64,000 nt of DNA from the IMG/VR virus record IMGVR_UViG_3300034004_000005; one strand, 5' to 3'. Within the stretch, counting starts at the first letter, position 1. Each line of letters starts with the position of its first letter. Made by a program: the position numbers and the translations under genes. Positions 1 through 9,099 of this stretch are shown here, piece by piece. The notes below the pieces were generated by a model. That model searched no databases. It was not told the DNA's origin and saw only the letters and a program-made list of their open reading frames with translations. This stretch comes from a virus.

Positions 1-2140
1 CGAAGCCGGTGATGTGTCCGTTTACATCAAGAGCAACACCGTATCGTGCTTTGATACCATCTACGCTTTGAGCGAGAGTAGTGACTGTTGATACGTTATT
101 GTCGACCTTGGTCTCGACACGAGTGATCTCGCTCGCAATAGCTGAATTGCGATTAGTCACTTCAGTCGCAATGGCACCACTGATTGCGTTATTACGGTCG
201 GTTACTTCACCACTGATCGCACTGTTAATTGCGTTTACACGATTAGTAGCTTCAGCTCCAATCGCACTGGTGATTGCACTTGCACGAGTGGTCGACTCAG
301 TGGAGATCCGAGCATGAGCATTTGAAAGCCCATTGGTCGGATCGCTGATTGCCGACTCCAGGTTGGTAGCCCGAAGAGCGAGAGCGTCATCACCAGTGAC
401 CCGGGCACTTTCCTCGGTTCCAATCCGGGATGTGAGCGTCGAGATGCTCGTACCCTGGGTCGTAATGCTCGCTTCAGTGACCGTGATCCTGGATGCCAGA
501 GCACCATCTGCATTGGATCGAGCAATTTCTTCCGCAGCAATTCGAGCAGTAGCTGAAGTGATATTCGTTTCGGCTGTGTCAAGATCAGCTGCAATCGTCG
601 TATAGTTGGTCTCAAGTGTCGTGGCACGTACAGCCAGAGCACTATCAGCATTAGAACGGGTCAGCTCTTCAGCTGCAATGCGAGCAACAGCAGTCGTGAT
701 GTCAGCTGTATTTGCGTCAGCATCAGCCTGAACTGTCGTGTAAGCTGTTTCGAGAGCTGATGCTCGAAGGGCTAAAGCTGAGTCTGTATTAGTCCGGGTC
801 AGTGCTTCAGCATCAATACGAGCATTCGCACCGACAAGATCGAGATCGACATCATCTCTAAGGGCTGTGATCGCCACACCAAGAGCATTGGTGGCGATAG
901 TGCGAGCATCAGTCTCAGCCTGCACAGCTGTGGTGATCGCCGTATTGCGGAACCCAACTTCGGCATTGATCGCACTGGTGATCGCTGTTGCCCGGAATTG
1001 GGCTTCATCAGCGATTGCATCGACCCGTGCTTCAGCTTCGGCTGCAATAGCCAGAGCCCGAGCTTCAGCTTCACTGGCTACTGCCGTGGCAATGGCACCA
1101 TTGCGGTTGAGGACCTCTGCCTGGATCGCAACAACGATGTTGTCACCTGCCGTCGTCGTGATCTCCTGGAACTGCTCAGCCAGGCTCATCGTCGGCGAGA
1201 CCATCGTCGTAGTCGTATTCAGAATGAATGCTGAAAAGTCAGGGGTCTTGGTTCCAATCAACGAGATCATCTCGGCAATCGCCAGATCTCCATCGATCCG
1301 GGCCGACTCCTCATTGATGATCGAAGCTTCGGTTGTGCCGACACGGACCTTAAGCGTTTCGATGGATGTCGCACTTGCAGCATCACCAGCAGCTCGGACT
1401 ACGAGTTCGTTCGTGATCGCTGCCTCGCTGGCCTGCATACGGGCCGTGAGCGTCGAAATGGATTGTGCCTGGGCCGATAGAGCTGTGACCCTCGCAGACC
1501 GCTCAGAGACGATTGAGGCGACGTTTCCGCTATGGTTGGCCTGGATGGTCTCGAACCGCTGTGCAAGCGACTCCTGGGGGCTCACAAAGACCCTGGAGTT
1601 ATCCAGGATAAAGGCCTGTCCATCAGGCGTCTTGGCACCGATGTAGCTGATCACCTGGGCCATAGCTGTATCCGCAGTCACACGGATCGAAGCCTCATTG
1701 AGGATCATGCCCTCAACCTCGCCCAGACGGGCAAGGAGGAGGTTTAGCATCGAGATGGTGACTTCATCACCACCGACACCGACAAGCTTCACATACTCGG
1801 TCAGGCCGGGCACATCGGTATTGATCTTCAGTGTACCGAGACGCAGCCCGTCAACCGTCGGGGAGAACCGAACCTGGATGAGCGTGCTTGCATCAGGAGC
1901 CAGAGAGATCGGGCTACCGATGTAATTGAAATCTCCGTCCAGAACATAGGACGTCAGACCAATCGTTTCGGTACCAGAGTTCCGAACGATTAGGGGCTGA
2001 TATGAAGTCGACTGACCTACCGGCTTGTGAGCGAAGTAGATGACGTCAGTCGACAACCAAAGATGTGTACCTTCTTCATTACAGCAGATCTTCTGAAGTC
2101 GCCGTCCCGAGATGGTATCCGTGATGAGAGAGCCGCTCAT
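1..2140 (-). CDS. Tail fibre / host-specificity-like protein, N-terminal 713 codons (C-terminus lies beyond position 1); absent from the supplied ORF track
   Basis: Hand translation of the reverse strand from ATG 2140 (13 nt after the stop of the 2154..2837 gene) gives MSGSLITDTISGRRLQ... with no stop down to position 1, ending ...VDGIKARYGVALDVNGHITGF. The first ~120 aa look like an Ig-like beta domain (VGQSTSYQPLIVRNSGTETIGLTSYVL...LIQVRFSPTVDGLRLGTLKINTD). The rest is Ala/Thr/Glu-rich coiled coil with internal repeats typical of phage fibre proteins. The Ala-rich + strand ORFs here (e.g. 867..1646) are its antisense shadow. Confidence 0.7.
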   Translation of the reverse strand, partial: MSGSLITDTISGRRLQKICCNEEGTHLWLSTDVIYFAHKPVGQSTSYQPLIVRNSGTETIGLTSYVLDGDFNYIGSPISLAPDASTLIQVRFSPTVDGLRLGTLKINTDVPGLTEYVKLVGVGGDEVTISMLNLLLARLGEVEGMILNEASIRVTADTAMAQVISYIGAKTPDGQAFILDNSRVFVSPQESLAQRFETIQANHSGNVASIVSERSARVTALSAQAQSISTLTARMQASEAAITNELVVRAAGDAASATSIETLKVRVGTTEASIINEESARIDGDLAIAEMISLIGTKTPDFSAFILNTTTTMVSPTMSLAEQFQEITTTAGDNIVVAIQAEVLNRNGAIATAVASEAEARALAIAAEAEARVDAIADEAQFRATAITSAINAEVGFRNTAITTAVQAETDARTIATNALGVAITALRDDVDLDLVGANARIDAEALTRTNTDSALALRASALETAYTTVQADADANTADITTAVARIAAEELTRSNADSALAVRATTLETNYTTIAADLDTAETNITSATARIAAEEIARSNADGALASRITVTEASITTQGTSISTLTSRIGTEESARVTGDDALALRATNLESAISDPTNGLSNAHARISTESTTRASAITSAIGAEATNRVNAINSAISGEVTDRNNAISGAIATEVTNRNSAIASEITRVETKVDNNVSTVTTLAQSVDGIKARYGVALDVNGHITGF
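410..823 (-). repeat. Three tandem ~46-aa (~138-nt) in-frame coiled-coil repeats inside the partial fibre gene
   Basis: aa 440-485 ARIDAEALTRTNTDSALALRASALETAYTTVQADADANTADITTAV; aa 486-531 ARIAAEELTRSNADSALAVRATTLETNYTTIAADLDTAETNITSAT; aa 532-~577 ARIAAEEIARSNADGALASRITVTEASITTQGTSISTLTSRIG. A second, longer duplication pairs aa ~148-200 with aa ~277-329 (ISYIGAKTPDGQAFILDNS / ISLIGTKTPDFSAFILNTT). Confidence 0.75.
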
Positions 2141-2153
2141 GTCAGGTCTTCCA

Positions 2154-2837
2154 TTAGAACCAGAAAGAAGAACGGACAGCTCGCCGTTCAACTACAGGAG
2201 GAGGCTCTCCAGAGCTGTCACCCCAGACTGCTACTGTTGCAGAGACACTACGAACAGAGCTGTTGGTAAACGTACCGGGATCTTCAGAACTCGCATTAAG
2301 CTGACGTCTTGCCATGCTGCATGTGCCGCTGACTGAAGCTGATCCAGTAGATGACTGGGTGATTAAATCCGAATACCCTGTTGGAGCGGCTGAAGCAGTA
2401 ACACCTCCGCGATGCCCACCTACTGCTAACCATTCATAATCACGAGCAACACCAGGATTATGAAGAGGACAGTCTACATTGCTAGCAAGTGTGTTAGGAT
2501 TGAAATAACTTGCAGAAACATTACCCGAATTGGCAGCGTATGGGATAGCAACAAGCACGTTTGTGCCTGAACTCGAATTGTTTACTGTGATTGCTTCACT
2601 TGTTGCAGTTGCGATTTTATGAAACAAAGCGATCTGAGTTGTACTATTAGGACCTACAAATCCGACTTTAGTCCATCCAGCAGTCGGAGATGTTAAAGCA
2701 TCGGCACTACTGTTACCACCAACAGCAATAACAAGAACTGACTGACCAATCACACATTCGGTGACTGTCATCGAGATGCTTGTAGCTGATGTTGCGTTTA
2801 CGGCTTTCTGGACCGTATTACGAACTGGAAAGGCCAT
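2154..2837 (-). CDS. Hypothetical tail-fibre-associated protein (227 aa)
   Basis: Complete ATG ORF packed between two fibre genes (3 nt after the upstream stop, 13 nt before the next ATG). Ser/Thr/Asn/Gly-rich composition. Markedly AT-richer than its neighbours (22 G+C in the 60 nt 2581-2640). I recognise no named motif; the role is inferred from position only. Confidence 0.6.
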   Translation of the reverse strand: MAFPVRNTVQKAVNATSATSISMTVTECVIGQSVLVIAVGGNSSADALTSPTAGWTKVGFVGPNSTTQIALFHKIATATSEAITVNNSSSGTNVLVAIPYAANSGNVSASYFNPNTLASNVDCPLHNPGVARDYEWLAVGGHRGGVTASAAPTGYSDLITQSSTGSASVSGTCSMARRQLNASSEDPGTFTNSSVRSVSATVAVWGDSSGEPPPVVERRAVRSSFWF

Positions 2838-2840
2838 GCT

Positions 2841-5800
2841 TTAGTCCCTCAGTCGGAAGGCAATATCAGCCAACGTCGCATCAGGTGTTGCCCCACCTTC
2901 AATCGTAATCAGATCATCAGCAGCAACCGCAGTCGACGTGATCGACACAGCCGCCGTCGTTCCTGCTGCTGCGAAGGTGAAGGTACCGATTGAGGTCCCG
3001 TTCTTCTTGATCGTGAAGACCGTGCTTGAAGTCGCAGCCACACTCGCCTTGGCCATGCAGTTCGCCTGGCTCAGGGTTATTGCATAAGGAGCGACAGCAT
3101 TGACCAGACGCTCGTTAGCGACCGGCTTACCCGTCACACTCCCACTCAGACCCTTTACTTGAACAGTCGCACCAGCTGCGATCCCGTCTAGCTTCGTCTT
3201 ATCGGCAGCAGACATAGAGCCAGGAAGGCTCGTTGTTGCAGCATTGATCGAAATGGCTGGAGCTGTTCCACCACTAGAGACAATCGGAGCCGTTCCACTG
3301 ACCCCGGTGACTGTACCGGTGTTGGCAGTAGCTCCGGTTGCAATCCCATCCAGCTTGCTCTTGTCTGCCGCAGACATTGAACCGGCAGCAGTTGTAGTGG
3401 CTGCGGTGATAGAAATCGCAGGAGCAGTACCTCCAGTCGACTGGATGGGTGCCGTGCCCGAAACACCAGTCACTGTGCCAGTATTCGCGGTTGCTCCAGA
3501 AGCAATACCATCCAGTTTGGACTTGTCGCTTGCCGACATCGCACCTTTGTTGCCCGTCGTCACAAGTGCGATATCGAGCGTCAGAGTTGGTGTCGTCGTT
3601 CCATTGGCAACAGTACCACTCAGGCTGTTTGCTGTCGCTACGGAGACACTGGTTACAGTGCCAGTATTTGCTGTCGCACCTGTGGCAACACCATCAAGCT
3701 TCGTCTTATCCGAAGCTGACATGGATCCTGGAGCAGTCGTTGTTGCTGCCGTGATCGAGATCGTCGGGCTGTTACCACCAGAGCTCTGGATCGGGGCGGT
3801 AGCACCGACACCAGTGACCGTACCGGTATTTGCCGTTGCACCCGCAGCGATGCCGTCGAGCTTGATCCGGTCTGCACCACCAGTTTGAAGAGCGGTGGCA
3901 GTAGCAGCATTGCCCGGGATGTTGGTCTGGTCTCCGGTGTTCGTGCCTGAAAGGTTCGAGCCCGTCACAGTGCCAGTTGCTGCCACACTCGTAGGAGTGA
4001 TTGCTCCAAGGGTGAGCGTGATGGCAGGCGTCGTGCTGGGATTAGCAACAGAGCCGGAGATCCCATTGGCTGCTGCAACGCTGACGCTCGTCACCGAACC
4101 GGTGCCACCGCCACCACCTGTACCAGTCGCATTGATCGTTAGAGTATTCGCAGCGTCATCGTGGCTGAAGGTGACGTTCGTACCTGGGACCAGGAAGGTA
4201 GCGACCCGATCATCAACAGCTTCATTGAAACCAGAGATCGTCGCCGGGGTCTGGTCACCAGTATTGGTGCCAGAGAGATTGGTTGCTGACAGGGTGCCTG
4301 TTACGGTTGTTCCTGCTTCATTGATGACTAGACGAGTCTGAGGCGCACCGTCTGATGCCTGGCCTGTCTGGATATAAAGCGTCGATTGGACGCCTCCAGA
4401 TTTAGGTGCAGCATCGGCAATCCCGAGGAAGTTGATGCCGTTCTGAAAGGTGGTGCCGTCATATCCGGTGAAGCGAAACTCCCCGATGAAATTACCTGGG
4501 AGTATCGCAGTCGGAGCGGCAACCGTTCCGTTTGCACGACCAAGGACGATACGTGGTGCTGAGCCTTGAGAGGTCGCACAGCGAGCAACAAGCTGCGTTC
4601 CCTCGTTAATGTCAGACCCTACAAACTGGACCTTCGGGGTAACGCTTGTTTGCCAAGTGAAAGGCGTCGTGATGCCCCGATAGAAGTACCCATCGGCTTT
4701 GATGTTGCCGGTGGCATGTACGTCTCCAGTAACTTCAATCGGAAGAGAGAAGTTAATCGAATCCGCATCAATCGTTATCCGATCTACACCTTCGGTTTGA
4801 ACTCGAAAACTATTACCAGCAGATGCTTTAATAACTCCAGGGATTTCCATCCCAGTTGTATCTAGCTTGAGATACAAAGCATCGGTTACGTAATGACGAA
4901 AATCATGTGTGACTGCGTAGTGAGCCACCTTGTCGGCACCACCACAATAGATCTGGTAAGTACCGACACCCATGCGGCTTAATGTCAGAATAGCATTACC
5001 GGCAGCATTATGGACGATAAGCGAACCTGAATTGGTTCGAAGACCCCCATTAACTGCGACGGCACCTGTGAAGTCGACACTACCGTTGGCGTTGAAAGTG
5101 GCTCGATCACTACCACCAGCCGACACGATCACGTTGTCAACGCCGATCAGCTTCAGGTTCTTGGTCGTACCACCGTCCGGGCTCGATCCCTGAACAGACG
5201 ACAGATAAACAGGGGCAGCAGGGTAGTTGCCGTAGAAGGCAACGAACGCACTATGCACCCCGTCACCAGAGCGCATGAGTAAAGCAGAACCACCTCCTGC
5301 TGGACTTTGAAGGGTAAGTCCGAATTTGGAAATGTCAGCGGCACGATGCCCATCAGTTGCAACTGCGATGTTACTAGCAGTGGGTCTATAAAAACCAGTA
5401 TCCGGGTCATTAACGAAACTGATTGCTGGAACATTGATTGTTCCATCAGCAAGCTTGATCGTGTCAGACCAAGCATAATCGTTATCGGTGTTCGACTGCT
5501 TGACGAGGATATTGGAGGTTACACCTCCAGTAGGTAGACCAACGCCTTGGGGACCTTGGTTTCCAGTGTCACCTTTGTCGCCCTTATCTCCCTTGTCGCC
5601 TTTCAGACCCTGTATGCCCTGGATACCTTGAATGCCCTGAAGGCCCCGCTCTCCAGTGTCGCCCTTGTCACCTTTGGCTCCGTTGATGCCATCGACACCA
5701 TCTCGGGGATTGAGCTTCTCAAGCCAGCTCGTGAGATCACCGACGTAACCAGCAGTCACGTCGTTGTCGTATGCAGAGGTGATGGCGATCAGAGCATTAC

Positions 5801-5972
5801 CCAGACCACCAATGGTATCGCCCAGGGCTGCGACCGCAGCAATAGGAAGCAAGTTGTCACGAACTTGCTTGACGATTTCATAGGCTTCACCAAGACCATA
5901 GTCGACATAGCCAGTCGCACTCGGCTGGCCGCCAGTCTCTTTGATGCCGTCGAACGGGCTCCGCATCCCCAT
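2841..5972 (-). CDS. Tail fibre protein with collagen-like segment and C-terminal tandem repeats (1043 aa)
   Basis: There are 17 uninterrupted G-X-Y triplets (GVDGINGAKGDKGDTGERGLQGIQGIQGIQGLKGDKGDKGDKGDTGNQGPQG). The motif SGTNTGDQT occurs twice. Four to five units of ~54-61 aa end in (S/A)MSA(S/A)DK(T/S)KLDG(I/V)A.GATAN, a motif common in phage fibres. The ATG overlaps the upstream stop (TAATG). Confidence 0.85.
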   Translation of the reverse strand: MGMRSPFDGIKETGGQPSATGYVDYGLGEAYEIVKQVRDNLLPIAAVAALGDTIGGLGNALIAITSAYDNDVTAGYVGDLTSWLEKLNPRDGVDGINGAKGDKGDTGERGLQGIQGIQGIQGLKGDKGDKGDKGDTGNQGPQGVGLPTGGVTSNILVKQSNTDNDYAWSDTIKLADGTINVPAISFVNDPDTGFYRPTASNIAVATDGHRAADISKFGLTLQSPAGGGSALLMRSGDGVHSAFVAFYGNYPAAPVYLSSVQGSSPDGGTTKNLKLIGVDNVIVSAGGSDRATFNANGSVDFTGAVAVNGGLRTNSGSLIVHNAAGNAILTLSRMGVGTYQIYCGGADKVAHYAVTHDFRHYVTDALYLKLDTTGMEIPGVIKASAGNSFRVQTEGVDRITIDADSINFSLPIEVTGDVHATGNIKADGYFYRGITTPFTWQTSVTPKVQFVGSDINEGTQLVARCATSQGSAPRIVLGRANGTVAAPTAILPGNFIGEFRFTGYDGTTFQNGINFLGIADAAPKSGGVQSTLYIQTGQASDGAPQTRLVINEAGTTVTGTLSATNLSGTNTGDQTPATISGFNEAVDDRVATFLVPGTNVTFSHDDAANTLTINATGTGGGGGTGSVTSVSVAAANGISGSVANPSTTPAITLTLGAITPTSVAATGTVTGSNLSGTNTGDQTNIPGNAATATALQTGGADRIKLDGIAAGATANTGTVTGVGATAPIQSSGGNSPTISITAATTTAPGSMSASDKTKLDGVATGATANTGTVTSVSVATANSLSGTVANGTTTPTLTLDIALVTTGNKGAMSASDKSKLDGIASGATANTGTVTGVSGTAPIQSTGGTAPAISITAATTTAAGSMSAADKSKLDGIATGATANTGTVTGVSGTAPIVSSGGTAPAISINAATTSLPGSMSAADKTKLDGIAAGATVQVKGLSGSVTGKPVANERLVNAVAPYAITLSQANCMAKASVAATSSTVFTIKKNGTSIGTFTFAAAGTTAAVSITSTAVAADDLITIEGGATPDATLADIAFRLRD
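3162..3878 (-). repeat. Tandem in-frame fibre repeats (units of 54, 61, 54 and 53 aa)
   Basis: aa ~699-937 of the fibre. Each unit reads TGTVTGV(S)GTAPIQS.GG.AP.ISITAATTTA.GSMSA.DK.KLDGIA.GATAN. These repeats cause the long Ala/Val/Pro-rich antisense ORFs on the + strand (3244..3888, 3895..4341). Confidence 0.85.
5544..5699 (-). repeat. Collagen-like (G-X-Y)17 coding repeat
   Basis: aa 92-143 of the fibre protein. Includes GIQ x3 and GDK x4 triplet runs, visible at DNA level as repeated ccctt(g/a)tc.cc units. Confidence 0.9.
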
Positions 5973-6694
5973 TACACGAACCCCCTCTTATCGAACTTCG
6001 TCAGCGTGGTATTTCCGTTCTGGCTTACGAGATCCTGATCGGTGACTTCACCGCAGATCATATCGTACATGCTCAGATGTTCTTGGGCTTTGGCCGAGTT
6101 ATCTTGGCCGTTCATGTGGCTGAAGACCATGTAGGCGATGTAGGCCGTCAGAGCTCCTTCGAGCGTGAAGGGGAGGTCGATCTCTTGGCACTCATCGTCC
6201 ATGACGAGGACCGGATGCCGGGCCTGGTAGGATACGGCGACTACCCTGCCAGCCACTGGAGCCGGGATCTGAAGCAGGTTGGGTTGGGGCGTGAATAGCG
6301 AATGCACGTCTTCTGCATCGTTGAGCACGAGTTGCTCACCGTCTTCGTCGAAGACCGTAAGGATCTTGATCACGTCTTCCTGGAAGGGCTCCGACTCACT
6401 GTCGACGATATAGAAATGCGGAGGAGCTGGGCAGTTCTCGGTCGGCACAACATCGGACTGGCTCTTCGCATACCGCTTCATCAGGTAGTAGAAGGTCAGA
6501 TGTTCGAACTGCTCGACCATGACCACGTTCTCACGCAGCATGAAACGAGAGTGGAGACGAAGCAGAGCCTCATTGGCATAGTGGAGGACACGAGGTTTCA
6601 CGGCTTCGGTGAGAGCACCGCTGCCTTCTCCACCCACAGCCAGGTTCGACAGCTCGCCAAAGGACAAGCGTCGAAACAGCTCGGTAAGCTTCAT
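5972..6694 (-). CDS. Virion/tail-associated protein (240 aa), function by position only
   Basis: ATG ORF. Its TAA overlaps the fibre ATG (TAATG at 5970-5974), so it is translationally coupled to the fibre gene. It lies between terminase and the fibres, as in N4-like late modules. Confidence 0.6.
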   Translation of the reverse strand: MKLTELFRRLSFGELSNLAVGGEGSGALTEAVKPRVLHYANEALLRLHSRFMLRENVVMVEQFEHLTFYYLMKRYAKSQSDVVPTENCPAPPHFYIVDSESEPFQEDVIKILTVFDEDGEQLVLNDAEDVHSLFTPQPNLLQIPAPVAGRVVAVSYQARHPVLVMDDECQEIDLPFTLEGALTAYIAYMVFSHMNGQDNSAKAQEHLSMYDMICGEVTDQDLVSQNGNTTLTKFDKRGFV

Positions 6695-6742
6695 GATGTC
6701 CCCCTACCCCCGGTACCTAGCCCCCCTGGCTGGGTATCCGCC

Positions 6743-8344
6743 TCACACTATATACGATGCTAGACCGCTCGTCTCCTCAGCATCGAACTCCTCTTCCCAT
6801 CGGCTTACCTCTTCTTTGACCACAGGAATAGAGTCAGAAGGTTTCCAGGGTGTCATAAGACCAAGCATCGAGATCGTGTCGATGAAGTCGTCTTTTCCTT
6901 TGATGCCGCTTGAGGTCACCATGCGGATCTGACCCATAGCAATTTGTACGATCTGAGAAGTCTTCATCTCTTCAGGGAAGAACATCTTTCCGGCTTTGAA
7001 CCACGGCACAACCATGTTGAATCGTGTCAGCTTGTCAGCCATCGGGCGAATACCTGGGGTCGGAGCTCCACCCTTAGGTGGGACTGTACCTGCAAAGGTA
7101 AACCAGATGTTACGGACCATCATCTCATTAGTCAGCAACTTGATATAAGCCTGCTGTTGTCCAGTCACCTCGATACCAACTTGCTGCGGCTTGTACTCCT
7201 GAGTGAGCCGGAACAAATCGTTAAAAGATTTATCAATCGACTGGCGGGCACAGATACCATCTACCCAGAACCAATCTCCATTTGCATTATAAGCCCACAC
7301 AGAGATTACTGAGAAGTCAGCAGTCTGGCGTTCAGATGTAGCGAAGTCAGTTGTGATGTAAAAGTTAAAGCGATCCTTATTCTGGAGAAGCGTCTTTCGC
7401 ATGTACCAGCGGATCTCTGCATCCTGGACCAGACGCTCTTCTTCAGAGGTGATGCGGAGCATGAGCTCCTGAAAGAAAGCTGCCAGCTTTCCTGTCTGCA
7501 TCGCCATGTCGTATTGTGATTTGATATACTCGTATGAGAAGCGATCCTCCCAGGCACCGACGAACTCCTCGGGTTCGCACGGGTACCGCTCGCAGACCGG
7601 CCAGACGTTGACGTCCCAGGCTCCTGATTCGACAGCTTCGATCAGGATGTCTTCGGTGTTAAAGGGCGTGCCGTTGAAGATGACCTTGCGCCTGGTCGGA
7701 TCGAGGGCGTGGTTCACACCCTTATAGACCGTATCTTTGATGGCGATCATCGCAGCCCGGCTCTTGGCGTCATCATCGCTTACAAGATCATCGAGCACAC
7801 AGACTACCGGACGCTTACCGAAAATTTTCGTACCACGGAGACCAGTCTTCGCACCGAACATCTTGATGCCGACACGGTGGCCTTCCTTGTTCTCGAACTC
7901 GATATAGTTGTCAGTAAAAGTCGCCTTCGGGATCCATTCCATTAGGAATGGTGAATTGTAGTAGCGGAACTCGATATTTTTTCTCAGGCTCTTTACGCCG
8001 TTATCCATCGAGTCAGACACATAGATGCAACCACTGATCTCCCCGAAGTTGGGAAGGTAGCCGAACATCCCGATGAACAGGAAAAAATACTCACCGAAGA
8101 GAGTGGTCTTGGCTGCACCACGGAAGCAGAGGTTGGCGATATAGGAGCGGGGCTCCGTCACCTTGTCGAGCATTTTCAGGTGGACGGGCGGCGTCTTATG
8201 GCTTTCGCCTGTGGCTCCGTTCGCCAGCTTGATGAAGTTCATGAACGTCAGAGCGAACTCCGACGGCATGTAAGCAGGAGAGTTCAGCTCCGCATAGTTT
8301 ACGTTATCGAGCCACTCATCCAGGCTCTGCTTGATCAGTGCCAC
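6743..8344 (-). CDS. terL: Terminase large subunit
   Basis: 533 aa. Walker A-like FRGAAKTT and Walker B VVCVLDDLVSDDD. C-terminal RNaseH-like nuclease signatures FYITTDFATSE, DFSVISVWA and WVDG. GTG start preceded by GGGGAAGG. Confidence 0.9.
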   Translation of the reverse strand: MALIKQSLDEWLDNVNYAELNSPAYMPSEFALTFMNFIKLANGATGESHKTPPVHLKMLDKVTEPRSYIANLCFRGAAKTTLFGEYFFLFIGMFGYLPNFGEISGCIYVSDSMDNGVKSLRKNIEFRYYNSPFLMEWIPKATFTDNYIEFENKEGHRVGIKMFGAKTGLRGTKIFGKRPVVCVLDDLVSDDDAKSRAAMIAIKDTVYKGVNHALDPTRRKVIFNGTPFNTEDILIEAVESGAWDVNVWPVCERYPCEPEEFVGAWEDRFSYEYIKSQYDMAMQTGKLAAFFQELMLRITSEEERLVQDAEIRWYMRKTLLQNKDRFNFYITTDFATSERQTADFSVISVWAYNANGDWFWVDGICARQSIDKSFNDLFRLTQEYKPQQVGIEVTGQQQAYIKLLTNEMMVRNIWFTFAGTVPPKGGAPTPGIRPMADKLTRFNMVVPWFKAGKMFFPEEMKTSQIVQIAMGQIRMVTSSGIKGKDDFIDTISMLGLMTPWKPSDSIPVVKEEVSRWEEEFDAEETSGLASYIV

Positions 8345-9017
8345 GTCCTATTACCTTCCCCTCGATCAACGGCTGAGCTGCGATGTCTGCCGTCGATACC
8401 CCCGACTCAATGGCTGATTGCTGTTTGGTAGCAATGTTCCTGAGCATGTCCTTCAGCTCGTTCATACCTGAGCTCTCACGCATATCCAAATTGATAAGCG
8501 GTCCAGCAGCGTCTGGCTTCTTCAGGTGGGTCAGGATGGAGTTAGCAGCCTGCATCCTCACCATATCTGAGCTGGAGGTGACCATGAGCTCAGCCTGAGT
8601 GTTGATAGCCTTCTGATATATGTCGGCATTCAACACCCAAGTTGGAACGAGTGTCTGTTCAAGGATAAGATTGACCAACTTACCTTTGTTATATGCCGAC
8701 ACAAACGCACTGATATCCTTCTCACTGTAGCCTTTGGCCATGAGATCGGCGTATCTCTGCGGGAATGTGAGGGCATAGGCCTCCTTGTTCGTTCGTCCCA
8801 TGAGCTTGTAGCTCACGTAAGTCACAGCGAACAGGTAGTCAGTGGTCTTAAACTTTCCGTCACGCAGCACTCCCGTGTAGGAAATGAAGTTATCACGGAT
8901 CGCTTCCCCGACTGAGGGCTCACTCGCTATGCCATTGAGGATGTCCACCATCTCCTGAGTGACAGAACTCTTGAGGTTGGCAGGTACAGCCATCTCGACT
9001 TGCTGCTTGGTAAGCAT
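8316..9017 (-). CDS. Hypothetical protein in the small-terminase position (233 aa)
   Basis: ATG 9017 with a GAGAGGAA SD. The 3' end overlaps the terL start by 29 nt. The gene directly upstream of terL is the usual small-terminase slot; I recognise no motif. Confidence 0.55.
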   Translation of the reverse strand: MLTKQQVEMAVPANLKSSVTQEMVDILNGIASEPSVGEAIRDNFISYTGVLRDGKFKTTDYLFAVTYVSYKLMGRTNKEAYALTFPQRYADLMAKGYSEKDISAFVSAYNKGKLVNLILEQTLVPTWVLNADIYQKAINTQAELMVTSSSDMVRMQAANSILTHLKKPDAAGPLINLDMRESSGMNELKDMLRNIATKQQSAIESGVSTADIAAQPLIEGKVIGRGTDQAEPG

Positions 9018-9099
9018 GGTATTCCTCTCGCGTCCTCGTCAGGAAGATAGTATGATGCGTTTCGTGGAGGGGGTTCTGGGTTCCCCTGATACAAGATGG

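Noticed and set aside
81-1925. Several + strand ORFs (81..317, 333..605, 867..1646 of 259 aa, 998..1234, 1532..1747, 1698..1925), mostly extremely Ala/Ser/Arg-rich
   Set aside because: They are antisense or out of frame relative to the continuous 713-codon reverse-strand fibre ORF (1..2140). That ORF has sensible repeat structure and operon context. The + ORFs lack SDs and have the composition expected from reading a GCN/ACN-rich gene backwards.
3162-3878. Regularly spaced DNA repeats that could superficially resemble a CRISPR array
   Set aside because: The repeats are in-frame protein repeats of 53-61 codons within one ORF. There are no short unique spacers, no leader and no cas genes.
3244-4341. 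Long + strand ORFs 3244..3888 (214 aa), 3449..3754 and 3895..4341 (148 aa) inside the fibre gene
   Set aside because: They are mirror-frame artefacts of the tandem Thr/Gly/Ala repeats of the 1043-aa fibre gene. Their periodic Val/Pro/Ala sequence simply reflects the repeat, and they run against the operon direction.
6700-6731. Possible G-quadruplex on the - strand (GGGGGG, GG, GGGGG and GGGGG runs)
   Set aside because: There are only three runs of three or more G plus one GG. Four-run geometry is not convincing without a calculation, so the region is reported only as part of the 14-mer repeat observation.
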